A stretch of 64,000 nt of DNA, taken from contig JBBRPR010000041.1 of NCBI GenBank assembly GCA_038227875.1, positions 1 through 64,000 of the forward strand, given 5' to 3'. A program made the position numbers and the translations under genes. The DNA is from Planctomycetota bacterium. Lineage in GTDB: Bacteria > Planctomycetota > SZUA-567 > H5-PLA8. Positions within the stretch are counted from its first letter, which is position 1. Each line of letters opens with the position of its first letter. The notes below the pieces were generated by a model. It was not told the DNA's origin and searched no databases. It saw only the letters and a list, made by a program, of their open reading frames with translations. Shown here piece by piece: positions 27,654-36,899 of this stretch.

Positions 27654-29822
27654 ATGCAGATCGTTTACTGTGATACTTGCGGCTTGCGCATCCCTGACAA
27701 AGAGTTCGAATCCGGTCGAGCAGTTAAGACGGGTGAACGAAATTTTTGTGAAAAGTGCGCGAAGAGGGCGGATGCCGGTCATCCCGCATTGGTGGGCGCA
27801 CCTCCACCTGCCGCCAGGCCCTCCGCCGCGAACCTGACGCCGGCGCAGCGCTACGGCATCAATCACGCCGATATTACCGCTCGCGAGGCACGCACACTTC
27901 AAGGGCAGGGACCTGGCGAAAAGCAGGCACAGAAGAACCTGCCGATGCTTCCGATTGCCGCTGGTGTCGGCGCCGTGGCAGTCCTGATCGCGGCGTTCGC
28001 TCTGAGCGGAAAAGGACCCAAGCCGAACACGACTAAGACGTCCGCGGACGACCAGGCGGCCAACATCGCTCCCGCGGGAGCACAGGTTGCCGACGAACAT
28101 CGTGTCGCCGAACATTCGATTGCGCCCAAACCGGAACGGGACGCAGCGCCGGAAATTCCCGTTGTCGCCGGGCCCAACCCCGAGAAACTCGCCGACGAAG
28201 CGCTCAGTAAGGTGTTGAAATTCGAAGGACTTGCCGCCGAAGATCGGGCCGGTCGCATTAAAGCGTTGGACGGCTATATCGCGCTTCACGGAAACACGAT
28301 GGTCTCCATGCGCGCGTTTCAAATGCTCAAGACGTTGCGCGCCGATGCCGATCGCGAGGAGCGGGAAGCAGCCCTCGCGGCTCAGATGCCCAATTCCGTG
28401 CTCACCGGCGGCGGCGGGGCGGGGCCCGGCGACGTGAGTGTCCCGGAAGCGCAGCGTCAACCTGGTGCGACGAAAGCGGAGGGCAAAGCCCTCAATTCGC
28501 CCCGGGAACAACCCTTGGTTCCCGTGGCCGCCAAAAATGACAAACCGATTGCCGTTAAACCGGCGCCGGCCAGGAGCGCGGACGGCAAAGCCGTCGAGGA
28601 CAAGCCGGCGTTCAAAAAAGTTGACGTGGAAGCAGAGAGTCCGCAAAAAATCGCCGAGCGCGTGGCGTTCGAGGCGGTGCGCAAGGAACTTGCGCCGGTG
28701 TTGCAGCAGCAGCGCTTTGGCGCGGCGCTGGAATTGCTGGACCGCAAACTGAACGACACGGCGATGGCGGATGTTAAGGATCGTCTGGAAGCAGAACGGA
28801 CGGACGTCGCCGCCGTGATCCAGTTGCGCCAGCGCGCGCTGGATGCGCTTCACGAACTGGCCGGGAAGAAGATCACGCTCAAGCGCGGCAAGTCCGAACT
28901 CAGCGGCACAGTCATCGTCGATTCAGCCAAGCCGGGCATTGCCTTGAAGACCGACAGCGGCATGGAAATGGCATTCCTGCCGGAGCAACTCCAGGTGCAG
29001 GACATCGACGCTTTTGCACCGGCGAAAACCGGTGCGGAGCGCGGCAGCGACCTGCGCGAGCGCGGTCTGCTCTTTCTCGACATCAACGACTTGAATAAAG
29101 CTCAGGAGTTTTTCAAAGCGGCGCAGGAGGCCGGCGCGGACGTTTCCAAAGAACTCGCGCGCGTGACGGCCGCTGAGGACGAAGATCAGGAAGTTCGTGC
29201 GAAGCAGGAGTGGGCCAATGCGGAGTCCGCCTACGCACTGAAACGTTACGAGGCGGCGCAGAAGGCGTATCAGAACTTCAAAGCGACCTATGCGAAGACG
29301 CGTCTTTTTGCGCAGCTCGAAGTCCAATTGAAGCAGCGTCTCGATTCGATTGAGTTTTCGCTTCATCCACTGCAGGAAGGGTTGCACGGCGCGTTTTACA
29401 AGGGCAAGGATTTCCGCGACGAAGACTTTCTGGCCGAACGCATCGACGGCAAAATCGAATTCAACTGGGACAGGCAAGCGCCCGGTCCCAACGTGCCGCG
29501 TGAACATTTTTGCGCGCGCTGGACGGGCGTGTTAAAGATCCTGGTCTCCGGCCGCTATACGATTTCGACCGTCGTCGACGACAACGCGCGCTTGACGATC
29601 GATGGCAAGCAACTGATCAACGATTGGGTCGAACAACATGCGGCGAAACAAATCAGCGGCACGATTGATCTCAATGAGGGTTATCACGATATCCGATTGG
29701 ATTATTCGCAGGGATCGGGATTGGCGTCGCTGAAACTTCTATGGCGCCGGGAAGGAACCTCCGAAACCGTGGTTCCGCCTGAAGCGCTCTGGCACCGGAC
29801 CACTCGACCGAACGACAAATAG
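27654..29822 (+). CDS. Zn-finger/TM/helical-stalk protein with C-terminal PA14 domain
   Basis: YCDTC-x22-CEKC; TM; GLHGAFY, RIDGKIEFNW, FCARWTG, DDNARL, G.HDIRLDY. Confidence 0.85.
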   Translation: MQIVYCDTCGLRIPDKEFESGRAVKTGERNFCEKCAKRADAGHPALVGAPPPAARPSAANLTPAQRYGINHADITAREARTLQGQGPGEKQAQKNLPMLPIAAGVGAVAVLIAAFALSGKGPKPNTTKTSADDQAANIAPAGAQVADEHRVAEHSIAPKPERDAAPEIPVVAGPNPEKLADEALSKVLKFEGLAAEDRAGRIKALDGYIALHGNTMVSMRAFQMLKTLRADADREEREAALAAQMPNSVLTGGGGAGPGDVSVPEAQRQPGATKAEGKALNSPREQPLVPVAAKNDKPIAVKPAPARSADGKAVEDKPAFKKVDVEAESPQKIAERVAFEAVRKELAPVLQQQRFGAALELLDRKLNDTAMADVKDRLEAERTDVAAVIQLRQRALDALHELAGKKITLKRGKSELSGTVIVDSAKPGIALKTDSGMEMAFLPEQLQVQDIDAFAPAKTGAERGSDLRERGLLFLDINDLNKAQEFFKAAQEAGADVSKELARVTAAEDEDQEVRAKQEWANAESAYALKRYEAAQKAYQNFKATYAKTRLFAQLEVQLKQRLDSIEFSLHPLQEGLHGAFYKGKDFRDEDFLAERIDGKIEFNWDRQAPGPNVPREHFCARWTGVLKILVSGRYTISTVVDDNARLTIDGKQLINDWVEQHAAKQISGTIDLNEGYHDIRLDYSQGSGLASLKLLWRREGTSETVVPPEALWHRTTRPNDK

Positions 29823-29833
29823 CGCGGACACCC

Positions 29834-32158
29834 ATGCAGATCATCTATTGCGAAACGTGCGGCCACCGCATTCCTCAAGAAGACATCGACGCTGGCCGCA
29901 TCGTCAGCGATGAGTTCAAACACTACTGCCAGAATTGCATTCCGCGCGCCGAACCGCAGCGGCCCGCGGGCCGCTCCAGCCGCAAGATTGTATTGATTAC
30001 ACCGGCGCCGGCACCGGTTGCGCCGACCCCGCCGGCCCCGCCGTCCGGACCGGCGGAACGCAAGCCGTCGATGCCGCACCTGACGCCGTCGGCACGCCAC
30101 ACCAGCCACCCAATTTCGGCCGCGCACCCGATGCCCATGTTGCCCATCGCCCTCGGCATTGGCCTGCTGGTGATTGTGGCGCTGGCGGTATTTTCACTGG
30201 GATCAACACCCACGATAAAGAAGCCAGAGAGCGCCAGCGTCTCCGGGCCGGTCACAGCCCCCGCTCCGGCTACATGGCCCGAAAGCGCGAACGCGCGTAA
30301 TCCCCGCAGCAACACCAGCACCGCGGCGAACTCCCATGTTGGCGGAACCGATGGCAAATATCCGCCCGATCCGGGGAAGTCTGATCCGCAAAAAGTCGCC
30401 GACGATGCGCTGACCGAAGTGCTGCATTGGGACGGTGTTCCGGAGAGCGATACTGCCGGACGCATCAAGCGGCTGGAGGAATTCGTGGCGCGCTTCAGCG
30501 ACAGCAATGCCGCGGCGCGCGCGCAGTTGCTGCTGGTCAAATTGCACGCGGCTCCCACCACAACGGCGACGGAAGTAGCGTCGGCCGAAATCCCTCCGTC
30601 CGGTCCGGCCACACCCGCAGCTCCGACTGGTGAACCGATTCCTCCGGCACCTCAGCCCGCGGCGCCCGCTGCAAAAACACCCGTGGCGGAGAAAGCGCCG
30701 GTTGACGATACGCCCGCTGAAGTCAAGCCAGCTGACGGCGGCAAGCCCGCCGGGTCCGTGCCCGTGACCGTGGTTGCGGCGGTGCCCGAAGCCAATCCGG
30801 AACGCGAAGCCGTCGCGCTGCGGGATTGGGCCTCAGTGGTGCGACTGGCCGACGCGCGGAGTTTCAAGGTGCTGGACGATGCGCTGAACACTTTCACCAA
30901 GACCTATGTCGGCGCAAAGTTTCTTGAAGAGCACAGCGCGGAGATCCGGGCGGTGAGCGATTTCACCAAAGCGGCCACCACGGTCGATACCGGCATGGCC
31001 GGTTGGTGGAAATTCGATGAAGGCAACGGCAGCAAAACCGCCGATGCGTCCGGCAACAACAATGCCGGTGTGCTGAACGGCAAGCCGGTCTGGGGGCACG
31101 GAAAATACGGCAATGCCATCGGCTTCAATGGACAGACAGACTTTGTCAACATTCCCAATTCACCCTCGGTCGAACGCGTTCAGGAAGGCGAATACACCCT
31201 CTCCGCCTGGGTCAAACCTGAAGACCTGCCCAACGGAAAGGACAACAATTCACAGACCTACACGGTAGTGGCCAAGGCCGGTTTTCATTCCGGATTGTTT
31301 TACGAACGGCACGGGAACTTCCTTGGCATTCATATGCTCGGTGAGAACGGGCAGTACGCCGTTTCGTTTCACGCGTACGCCCCCAAGGTCATGCATCACG
31401 TGGCCACGACCGTGAGCCGCAGCGGCGGGGTGGAGCGGCTCTACGTGGACGGTATACTCGACGGCATTGCCCTGTGGAATGCCGCGGAGGGGCCGCGCGA
31501 CTACGGTCAGGAAACGTGGAAGATCGGCATGGCTCAACCGGGGAACAAGGTCTACGGCTACCCCTTTAAAGGGGTAATCGATGATGTCCGGATCTACAAC
31601 CGCGTCCTGTCGCCGGCGGAAATTGCGGTACTGGCGGAGATTCCGTTCAAAAAGTTTGCCCCACCGGAAATCCCCGGCACGGCCAAGTTCATCGGCATCG
31701 ACGAAAACACCCGCGGGAATTGGAAGGGCGTATATGGGAGCAACGGCTACCTGATTCCGTACGACAGCGATAACGCTCCAGCCTACGCCCAGATTATCGT
31801 AACGGGCGAATCATCGTACTTGTGGGGCAATACGAAAGACCCTCGCGGGCTCCTGCATTCCATGGAACCGGACCGAGTGGCGGGCTGTTGGTTCTCCTAT
31901 TCGGCGTTTACCGTGGACGTCAATCTTACCGACGGGCGTATACACCGCATTGCGCTGTATTGTATCGATTGGGATGCCAAAGACCGCGCGGGAAAAGTGG
32001 ATGTCATGGACCTCGCCGGCAACGTGCTCGATTCCCGCGACATCGCCGACTACACCAAAGGCAAGTACATGACCTGGGACGTCAAAGGCCACGTGAAATT
32101 TGTCTGCCGTGCGACGAAAGCCAACTTCATCCTGAGCGGCGTGTTCTTCAATCAGTAA
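29834..32158 (+). CDS. Zn-finger/TM protein with a LamG-like jellyroll and an extra C-terminal beta domain
   Basis: YCETC-x22-CQNC; TM; GWWKFDEGNG...DASGNNN, LSAWVKP, FKGVIDDVRIYNRVLS. Confidence 0.85.
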   Translation: MQIIYCETCGHRIPQEDIDAGRIVSDEFKHYCQNCIPRAEPQRPAGRSSRKIVLITPAPAPVAPTPPAPPSGPAERKPSMPHLTPSARHTSHPISAAHPMPMLPIALGIGLLVIVALAVFSLGSTPTIKKPESASVSGPVTAPAPATWPESANARNPRSNTSTAANSHVGGTDGKYPPDPGKSDPQKVADDALTEVLHWDGVPESDTAGRIKRLEEFVARFSDSNAAARAQLLLVKLHAAPTTTATEVASAEIPPSGPATPAAPTGEPIPPAPQPAAPAAKTPVAEKAPVDDTPAEVKPADGGKPAGSVPVTVVAAVPEANPEREAVALRDWASVVRLADARSFKVLDDALNTFTKTYVGAKFLEEHSAEIRAVSDFTKAATTVDTGMAGWWKFDEGNGSKTADASGNNNAGVLNGKPVWGHGKYGNAIGFNGQTDFVNIPNSPSVERVQEGEYTLSAWVKPEDLPNGKDNNSQTYTVVAKAGFHSGLFYERHGNFLGIHMLGENGQYAVSFHAYAPKVMHHVATTVSRSGGVERLYVDGILDGIALWNAAEGPRDYGQETWKIGMAQPGNKVYGYPFKGVIDDVRIYNRVLSPAEIAVLAEIPFKKFAPPEIPGTAKFIGIDENTRGNWKGVYGSNGYLIPYDSDNAPAYAQIIVTGESSYLWGNTKDPRGLLHSMEPDRVAGCWFSYSAFTVDVNLTDGRIHRIALYCIDWDAKDRAGKVDVMDLAGNVLDSRDIADYTKGKYMTWDVKGHVKFVCRATKANFILSGVFFNQ

Positions 32159-32275
32159 GCCCAAATCAATTTCAGATATGTTTTCGCTAATCGCAAGCAT
32201 TCCCAATAGTCCCTCCAAGAGGCATAATCAGCCCGTCTTCGTGAGAGTTTTAATACTACTGGAGGGAGTCGGACG

Positions 32276-33226
32276 ATGGGTGCCAATACGCTCGAAGCGC
32301 CGCAGGTGAAACTGGAAGCGGGTAAAATCGCGCACGGTGTGCCGATTGAAGTTCCCAAGCCGGCGTCGAAAGCCCAGGTCAAATCGTTCGTCGACGATGG
32401 TTTTCTGGCCGTGGAAAACCTGGTCTCCCCAGCCGAACTTGAAGAGCTCAAGGCCGACACGTTCAAGCTCGCGCGCGGCGGCTATCCCTGCGAAAGTCTC
32501 AAACCGCTGCCGGCCGACATGAGCGATGCGGACGCGCTGGCCAAGATTCTATGCATCCACCAGCCGCACTACATCAGCCCGGTGATGAAGAAGTTCGCGA
32601 TGCACGCGAAAATCTGCGGCGTGCTGAGCCAGATTACGGCCGCGCACCTGCCGCATTGGGACGGCAGCGTGAAATGCATGCAGACCATGCTCTTTGTCAA
32701 GCCGCCCCAGTTCCAGGGCCAGGCGTGGCATCAGGATGAAATCTACATTCCGACCCGCGATCGCTCGCTGATCGGCGCGTGGATCGCGATGGACGATGCC
32801 ACACTCGAAAACGGCTGCCTGTGGGTGGTCCCCGGTTCGCATCGCATGGGCTACCTCTATCCCCAGCGCGCGCACAACCGCAACGAAGAGTTCGACTTCG
32901 CGCCGGAAAGTTACGGCTTCGACGAGAACCAGCAGGTACCCGTCGTGGTCAAGGCCGGCACGGTGGTCTTCTTCAACGGCTACCTGCTCCACCGCAGCTT
33001 CAAAAACAAGACCACCGACAGCTACCGCCGCGTGCTGGTGAGCCACTACATGAACTCCTGGTCGCATCTGCCGTGGGACATCCGCGAAGGCGAACGTTCT
33101 GCGACCGCCGACCGTCGCGCGATCATTCCTGTCTCCGGCATCGACCCGTACGCGTGGAAAGGCTACGAAGACGGCGGGAAGAACGTGTGGCTGCGGACCT
33201 GCGCCGCAAACGCAGAGAAGAAGTGA
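32276..33226 (+). CDS. Phytanoyl-CoA dioxygenase (PhyH) family Fe/2OG dioxygenase
   Basis: WHQD, WIAMDDATLENGCL.VVPGSH, LLHRS. Confidence 0.9.
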   Translation: MGANTLEAPQVKLEAGKIAHGVPIEVPKPASKAQVKSFVDDGFLAVENLVSPAELEELKADTFKLARGGYPCESLKPLPADMSDADALAKILCIHQPHYISPVMKKFAMHAKICGVLSQITAAHLPHWDGSVKCMQTMLFVKPPQFQGQAWHQDEIYIPTRDRSLIGAWIAMDDATLENGCLWVVPGSHRMGYLYPQRAHNRNEEFDFAPESYGFDENQQVPVVVKAGTVVFFNGYLLHRSFKNKTTDSYRRVLVSHYMNSWSHLPWDIREGERSATADRRAIIPVSGIDPYAWKGYEDGGKNVWLRTCAANAEKK

Positions 33227-33387
33227 TTAACTGCATTGCGGATTTCGGATTGCGGATTGCGGATTAGTAGAGCGCGCAACACCGAGAGCCCAGTTGGTCC
33301 TTCCAATTGAAAACGCACGGGTTTAAAGCCCGTGCGTTTTCCATTCCAATCCGCAATCCGAAATCCGCAATCCGCAATGCTGTTAAT
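33226..33387. repeat. Inverted heptamer arrays (ATTGCGG / CCGCAAT) enclosing a REP-like hairpin
   Basis: Arms 33226-33265 and 33348-33387; inner GAAAACGCACGGG/CCCGTGCGTTTTC at 33309-33341. Confidence 0.85.
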
Positions 33388-34138
33388 GCGTTCCGTGCGA
33401 GCGTCCTCCATACCTTGCATTCGGCGCCTCTAAAATCTCCGCCTGCCGCTTCGTTAAGTCGCTGAATTTCTTCGCGTCATAATACTGCGCGTGCCAGGAG
33501 ATCGACTGCGGGCTGTATTTGTAGAATAGCGTCCGGCGTTCCCGGCTGCCGCGCCACGGAATCGTGCCGTGAGTGAGCGCTTCGGTGAAGATGATCGCTG
33601 TTCCCGCGGGACCCGGGACTGCGCGTACGCATTCGGCCGGCGTGTTCAACGAATGCCAATCTTCCGGCAGCGGATAATTGGATTTGTGACTGCCGGGCAC
33701 GCAGCCGAAGCCGCCGTCTCCGGGATTGACGTCGTGGAGATTGTAGGCGACGACCAGCAGGCCATTGTACATCCGTCCGTCGTGATGATTGAAGAACATG
33801 CACGAATCGAACGGCGTCCCGCCGCCGTGCAAGCCACTGGCGGCCACGTTCGTGCCGCTGCGAATCACGTCGCAATAGTCATGATCGAGTCGGAAGCCCT
33901 GCCCGATCAGTTCGTCGAGGTACGGTGAAATGCGTGGGTTGTCGATCAATTCCCGATACGCTTTATCCCAGGCCAGCAGCGACTCTTCGAAGCGGTGCAT
34001 TTTCGCCTCGGGCTTGGCATGCTCTGCAAGCTGGCCGTCGAGCACCCGGTTGAGCTCCTTCAATTGCCCTGCGCTCAGCGCATTCGGCACCGTGATGTAG
34101 CCCTGAAGATCGAACAGATACTTTTCCTTCTCAGTCAT
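33383..34138 (-). CDS. PhyH-family dioxygenase
   Basis: YLFDLQGY, LHGG, GGFGCVPGSHKSN, FTEALTHGT.PW, RR.LFYKYSP. Confidence 0.85.
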   Translation of the reverse strand: MTEKEKYLFDLQGYITVPNALSAGQLKELNRVLDGQLAEHAKPEAKMHRFEESLLAWDKAYRELIDNPRISPYLDELIGQGFRLDHDYCDVIRSGTNVAASGLHGGGTPFDSCMFFNHHDGRMYNGLLVVAYNLHDVNPGDGGFGCVPGSHKSNYPLPEDWHSLNTPAECVRAVPGPAGTAIIFTEALTHGTIPWRGSRERRTLFYKYSPQSISWHAQYYDAKKFSDLTKRQAEILEAPNARYGGRSHGTH

Positions 34139-34274
34139 TGGTTTGGCTCCTGGCCTGGCTCTTAGCTCTTGGGATTCCGAATCGCTCATGCCAAGCGCCC
34201 TCTGCGCTCGACATGAGGCACGATTAAACCTACCATTTGTAAGTCTCAGGTTCCTGCAAAGGGCATACAGAATC

Positions 34275-35135
34275 TTGCAAAACAGCGCGCTTCCGGACAT
34301 CGAAGTCGGCTTGGTGGAAGGGAGCCTGCACGCGTACGCCAATCCGCCCTGGGTATGGTCGGGGCCGTGGTCGTGGGAGACATGGGTGGTCGATTGGATC
34401 GCCTGGGACCGCAGCCTGCTGGCCACCTCTACCGACGGCGTGAATTTTACGCAGCACGCGCGGCCGCAATGGTCGTGGTACATTTTTCAACCGCATTGCG
34501 CTTACAAACACCTGGAGCAGGAGGCACACACCAGCGCCGAAAGTCTCTGGTTCTTCTTCAAGGTGAAGCGCAAGTTTCCGCCGCTGACCAGCCGCCCGTT
34601 CAGTGTCTGTGTCGATCCGGAAGAACGACTCTGCGGGCACGTCCGCGCCATGTACGCGCTGCAGCAGAGCGGCGATCCCGGAGCGAGGCTGATCATCCAG
34701 TCACACGCGCTGACATTCCTGACGGAGATGCTTTCCGCCGCGCAGCGGGGAGGGGCAGGGACTCCAGAAAACCCGTGGCGCATCCGCAATCCGCTCGACC
34801 GCGGCAACGCCGACGCCTCGTTGCTCAACCGCGTCGACGCCGCCGTGATGCGCCGGATCGCCGCGCCGCCGGCGATCGACGAACTGGCTGAAGCGCTGGC
34901 GATGTCCGTCTCGTCGCTCGCCCACCGCTTCAAAGCAGAAACCGGCACGACGGTGATGGAACGCGTGCGCTGGCTGCGCATCCGCGAAGCGCGCGCACTG
35001 CTGACCAAGCCCGGCGCGTCGGTGAAAGGTGTGGCGCGCAAACTCGCGTTCAGCAGCCCGTTCCATCTCTCGAAACTGTTCCACGAACACACCGGGATGA
35101 CCGCGGACGCATACATCAAACGCCATCAGCGCTGA
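34275..35135 (+). CDS. AraC-family transcriptional regulator (start uncertain)
   Basis: ELAEALAMSVSSLAHRFKAETG, VARKLAFSSPFHLSKLF..HTG. Confidence 0.85.
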   Translation: MQNSALPDIEVGLVEGSLHAYANPPWVWSGPWSWETWVVDWIAWDRSLLATSTDGVNFTQHARPQWSWYIFQPHCAYKHLEQEAHTSAESLWFFFKVKRKFPPLTSRPFSVCVDPEERLCGHVRAMYALQQSGDPGARLIIQSHALTFLTEMLSAAQRGGAGTPENPWRIRNPLDRGNADASLLNRVDAAVMRRIAAPPAIDELAEALAMSVSSLAHRFKAETGTTVMERVRWLRIREARALLTKPGASVKGVARKLAFSSPFHLSKLFHEHTGMTADAYIKRHQR

Positions 35136-35137
35136 TG

Positions 35138-35160
35138 AATTCAAAATTCAAAAGTCAAAA
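35138..35160. repeat. Heptamer tandem repeat AA(T/G)TCAA x3
   Basis: aattcaa aattcaa aagtcaa aa after the araC stop codon. Confidence 0.6.
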
Positions 35161-35182
35161 ATGCACGCGGAAGAGAGTTGCT

Positions 35183-35313
35183 GACCCTGTTGTAAATTTA
35201 CGACAGGGTCAACTTAGGATAAGGGAAATTTTCCTTATGTTGGATTTTGACCAGTGTGCCAATTGGCACGGAGGTCCCTGGCGCTGACCTCCAGGCAAAT
35301 TTGCCTGGAGGTC
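35183..35313. repeat. Array of four variable-core palindromes, three with an exact 28-bp GACC-N20-GGTC frame
   Basis: Units at 35183-35210, 35219-35238, 35249-35276 and 35286-35313. Confidence 0.8.
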
Positions 35314-35469
35314 TTCCTTGCGCGAAGACTGGGTGACCGAATACCCTGAACGCAGTAGATTCTATGCAGCTCGCCATTGAGGACCTATATGCCTCTTGCC
35401 AAAAAATACGGCATCATCACGGACATCCACGCCAACTACACGGCGCTGAAAGCGAAAGCGCGGTGATGT

Positions 35470-36183
35470 ATGCAAAAATTGCAGAAGATATCAGTTGTCA
35501 CCATCACTCCCCGCAGCCCTCGAATCGAGACTCCACCCTCTCGCTACAGTTTTTCAGACTCGAACATCTTCGGCGTAGTGGGTGCGATCTTCGCCGTGAC
35601 AGCGATCGCATTACTGATTCTCCGCAAACATGCCGCCACCTACACCGAGGCCAAATCGTTACAGGTCGCGTGTATTTTTGCCTTTCTGGTCGCGGTTGTG
35701 ACGGGGATGTGGTCTTCGTTGAAATTTGCCAATGTCGTGCTCCGCAAGCGCGCAGAGGAACGGGGGAACAGTATGAGCTGGGATATCTACATCGTAAAGT
35801 TTTCAAAGCCTTATGCCACGGTTAAGGAAATTCCAGACGAGGAGCGTTCGGAACTGGGTACGCGAGTGGCCGTTCAGAAGGCACTTTCCGAAATATTTCC
35901 GACCATCAAGTGGAGAGACGACGGTTGGGGAAGTTGTGATCACGAATACGGTTTTATCGATTTTAACGTTGGCAATGACGACCCTGTTGACAGCATGATG
36001 TTGCTCGTTCGCGCAGCCAGTGCTGATGTTGTGCCGGATATCGTGCAGCTCTGCATGAAGAATGGATGGCAGGGAATCGACACAAGCACGAGCGACGGCG
36101 GGTTTATCGAAAGGGCGCAGGATCCGGCAGCGGGACTGAAGAGGTGGAGCGACTATCGGGATCAGGTTATCGAAAAGTTTTGA
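35470..36183 (+). CDS. Hypothetical protein: 2-TM N-terminal part plus a soluble MSWDI... domain (possible internal start at 35773)
   Basis: ORF track; purine-rich RBS before ATG 35773; lower GC. Confidence 0.55.
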   Translation: MQKLQKISVVTITPRSPRIETPPSRYSFSDSNIFGVVGAIFAVTAIALLILRKHAATYTEAKSLQVACIFAFLVAVVTGMWSSLKFANVVLRKRAEERGNSMSWDIYIVKFSKPYATVKEIPDEERSELGTRVAVQKALSEIFPTIKWRDDGWGSCDHEYGFIDFNVGNDDPVDSMMLLVRAASADVVPDIVQLCMKNGWQGIDTSTSDGGFIERAQDPAAGLKRWSDYRDQVIEKF

Positions 36184-36196
36184 TACGAAAGGCGCG

Positions 36197-36502
36197 GTGA
36201 TAATGCAGACGCCTCAGAATTTTGAAAAAGCCAAAAAGAGGTCTTATGACACGTACCTTGCCGCTCAGGCTCAATATGACGCGGAACAACGCCCAAGGCG
36301 TGAGCGGCGCAAAAAGGACTCCATCGTATTCGCAGGCACGGGTCTTGGCTTTCTAGCGGTCGGGGCCTTACTCCAATTTTTGAACGGCTATGTCGTGTAC
36401 CGCGGAGCAGGTTTTAGCCCGATAGAGGTGATGAGTGTTTTCATGTTGGTGGCTTCATCGGTGTTATTCCTGTGGGCCGCCTTGAAATTTGTGCGAAGTT
36501 GA
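36197..36502 (+). CDS. Small 2-TM membrane protein
   Basis: Two hydrophobic helices; resembles the next gene. Confidence 0.6.
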   Translation: MIMQTPQNFEKAKKRSYDTYLAAQAQYDAEQRPRRERRKKDSIVFAGTGLGFLAVGALLQFLNGYVVYRGAGFSPIEVMSVFMLVASSVLFLWAALKFVRS

Positions 36503-36511
36503 CTTAAGGCC

Positions 36512-36787
36512 ATGAATCCCGACTCAAAAATCACCGATTCCAAGCCACGCGACGCCGCTCTTAACAAGCGCCGGACCGGCGACGCACTGATCTACCTCGC
36601 CGCAGCGGGGGGACTCACCGTGATTGGAATTCTCGTCGAAATCCTGCGCAGACTTGCCGTGACGGATTTCCTCGCCGACAACTCCATGGATCTGCTCTCG
36701 CCCTTTATGATGATCGTGGGCATTTTCCTGTCTATCGTCGGGCTGGTAAAACTGGTTCGCGCCGATCAGGCCAGCCGGATTCCCTGA
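36512..36787 (+). CDS. Small 2-TM membrane protein
   Basis: Two hydrophobic helices; ends KLVRA, like KFVRS in the previous gene. Confidence 0.6.
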   Translation: MNPDSKITDSKPRDAALNKRRTGDALIYLAAAGGLTVIGILVEILRRLAVTDFLADNSMDLLSPFMMIVGIFLSIVGLVKLVRADQASRIP

Positions 36788-36899
36788 CGCACTGGCATTT
36801 CCCGCCCGTTCCGCATACTATTTCCACCTACAGATTCCGCGCTACCAGGGCCCCAAGGATGAGGGTACAGACGCGGACCCATATTGGAGAGGAGCGCAC

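Noticed and set aside
34139..34483. Long N-terminal extension of the minus-strand PhyH
   Set aside because: It would overlap the divergent araC; family similarity starts at MTEKEKYLFD, which has a GGAG RBS.
35183..35313. CRISPR array
   Set aside because: No identical direct repeats with unique spacers; the variable parts are themselves palindromic; no cas genes in the window.
35340..36830. Classical integron cassette array
   Set aside because: No RYYYAAC...GTTRRRY attC sites between the genes and no integrase.
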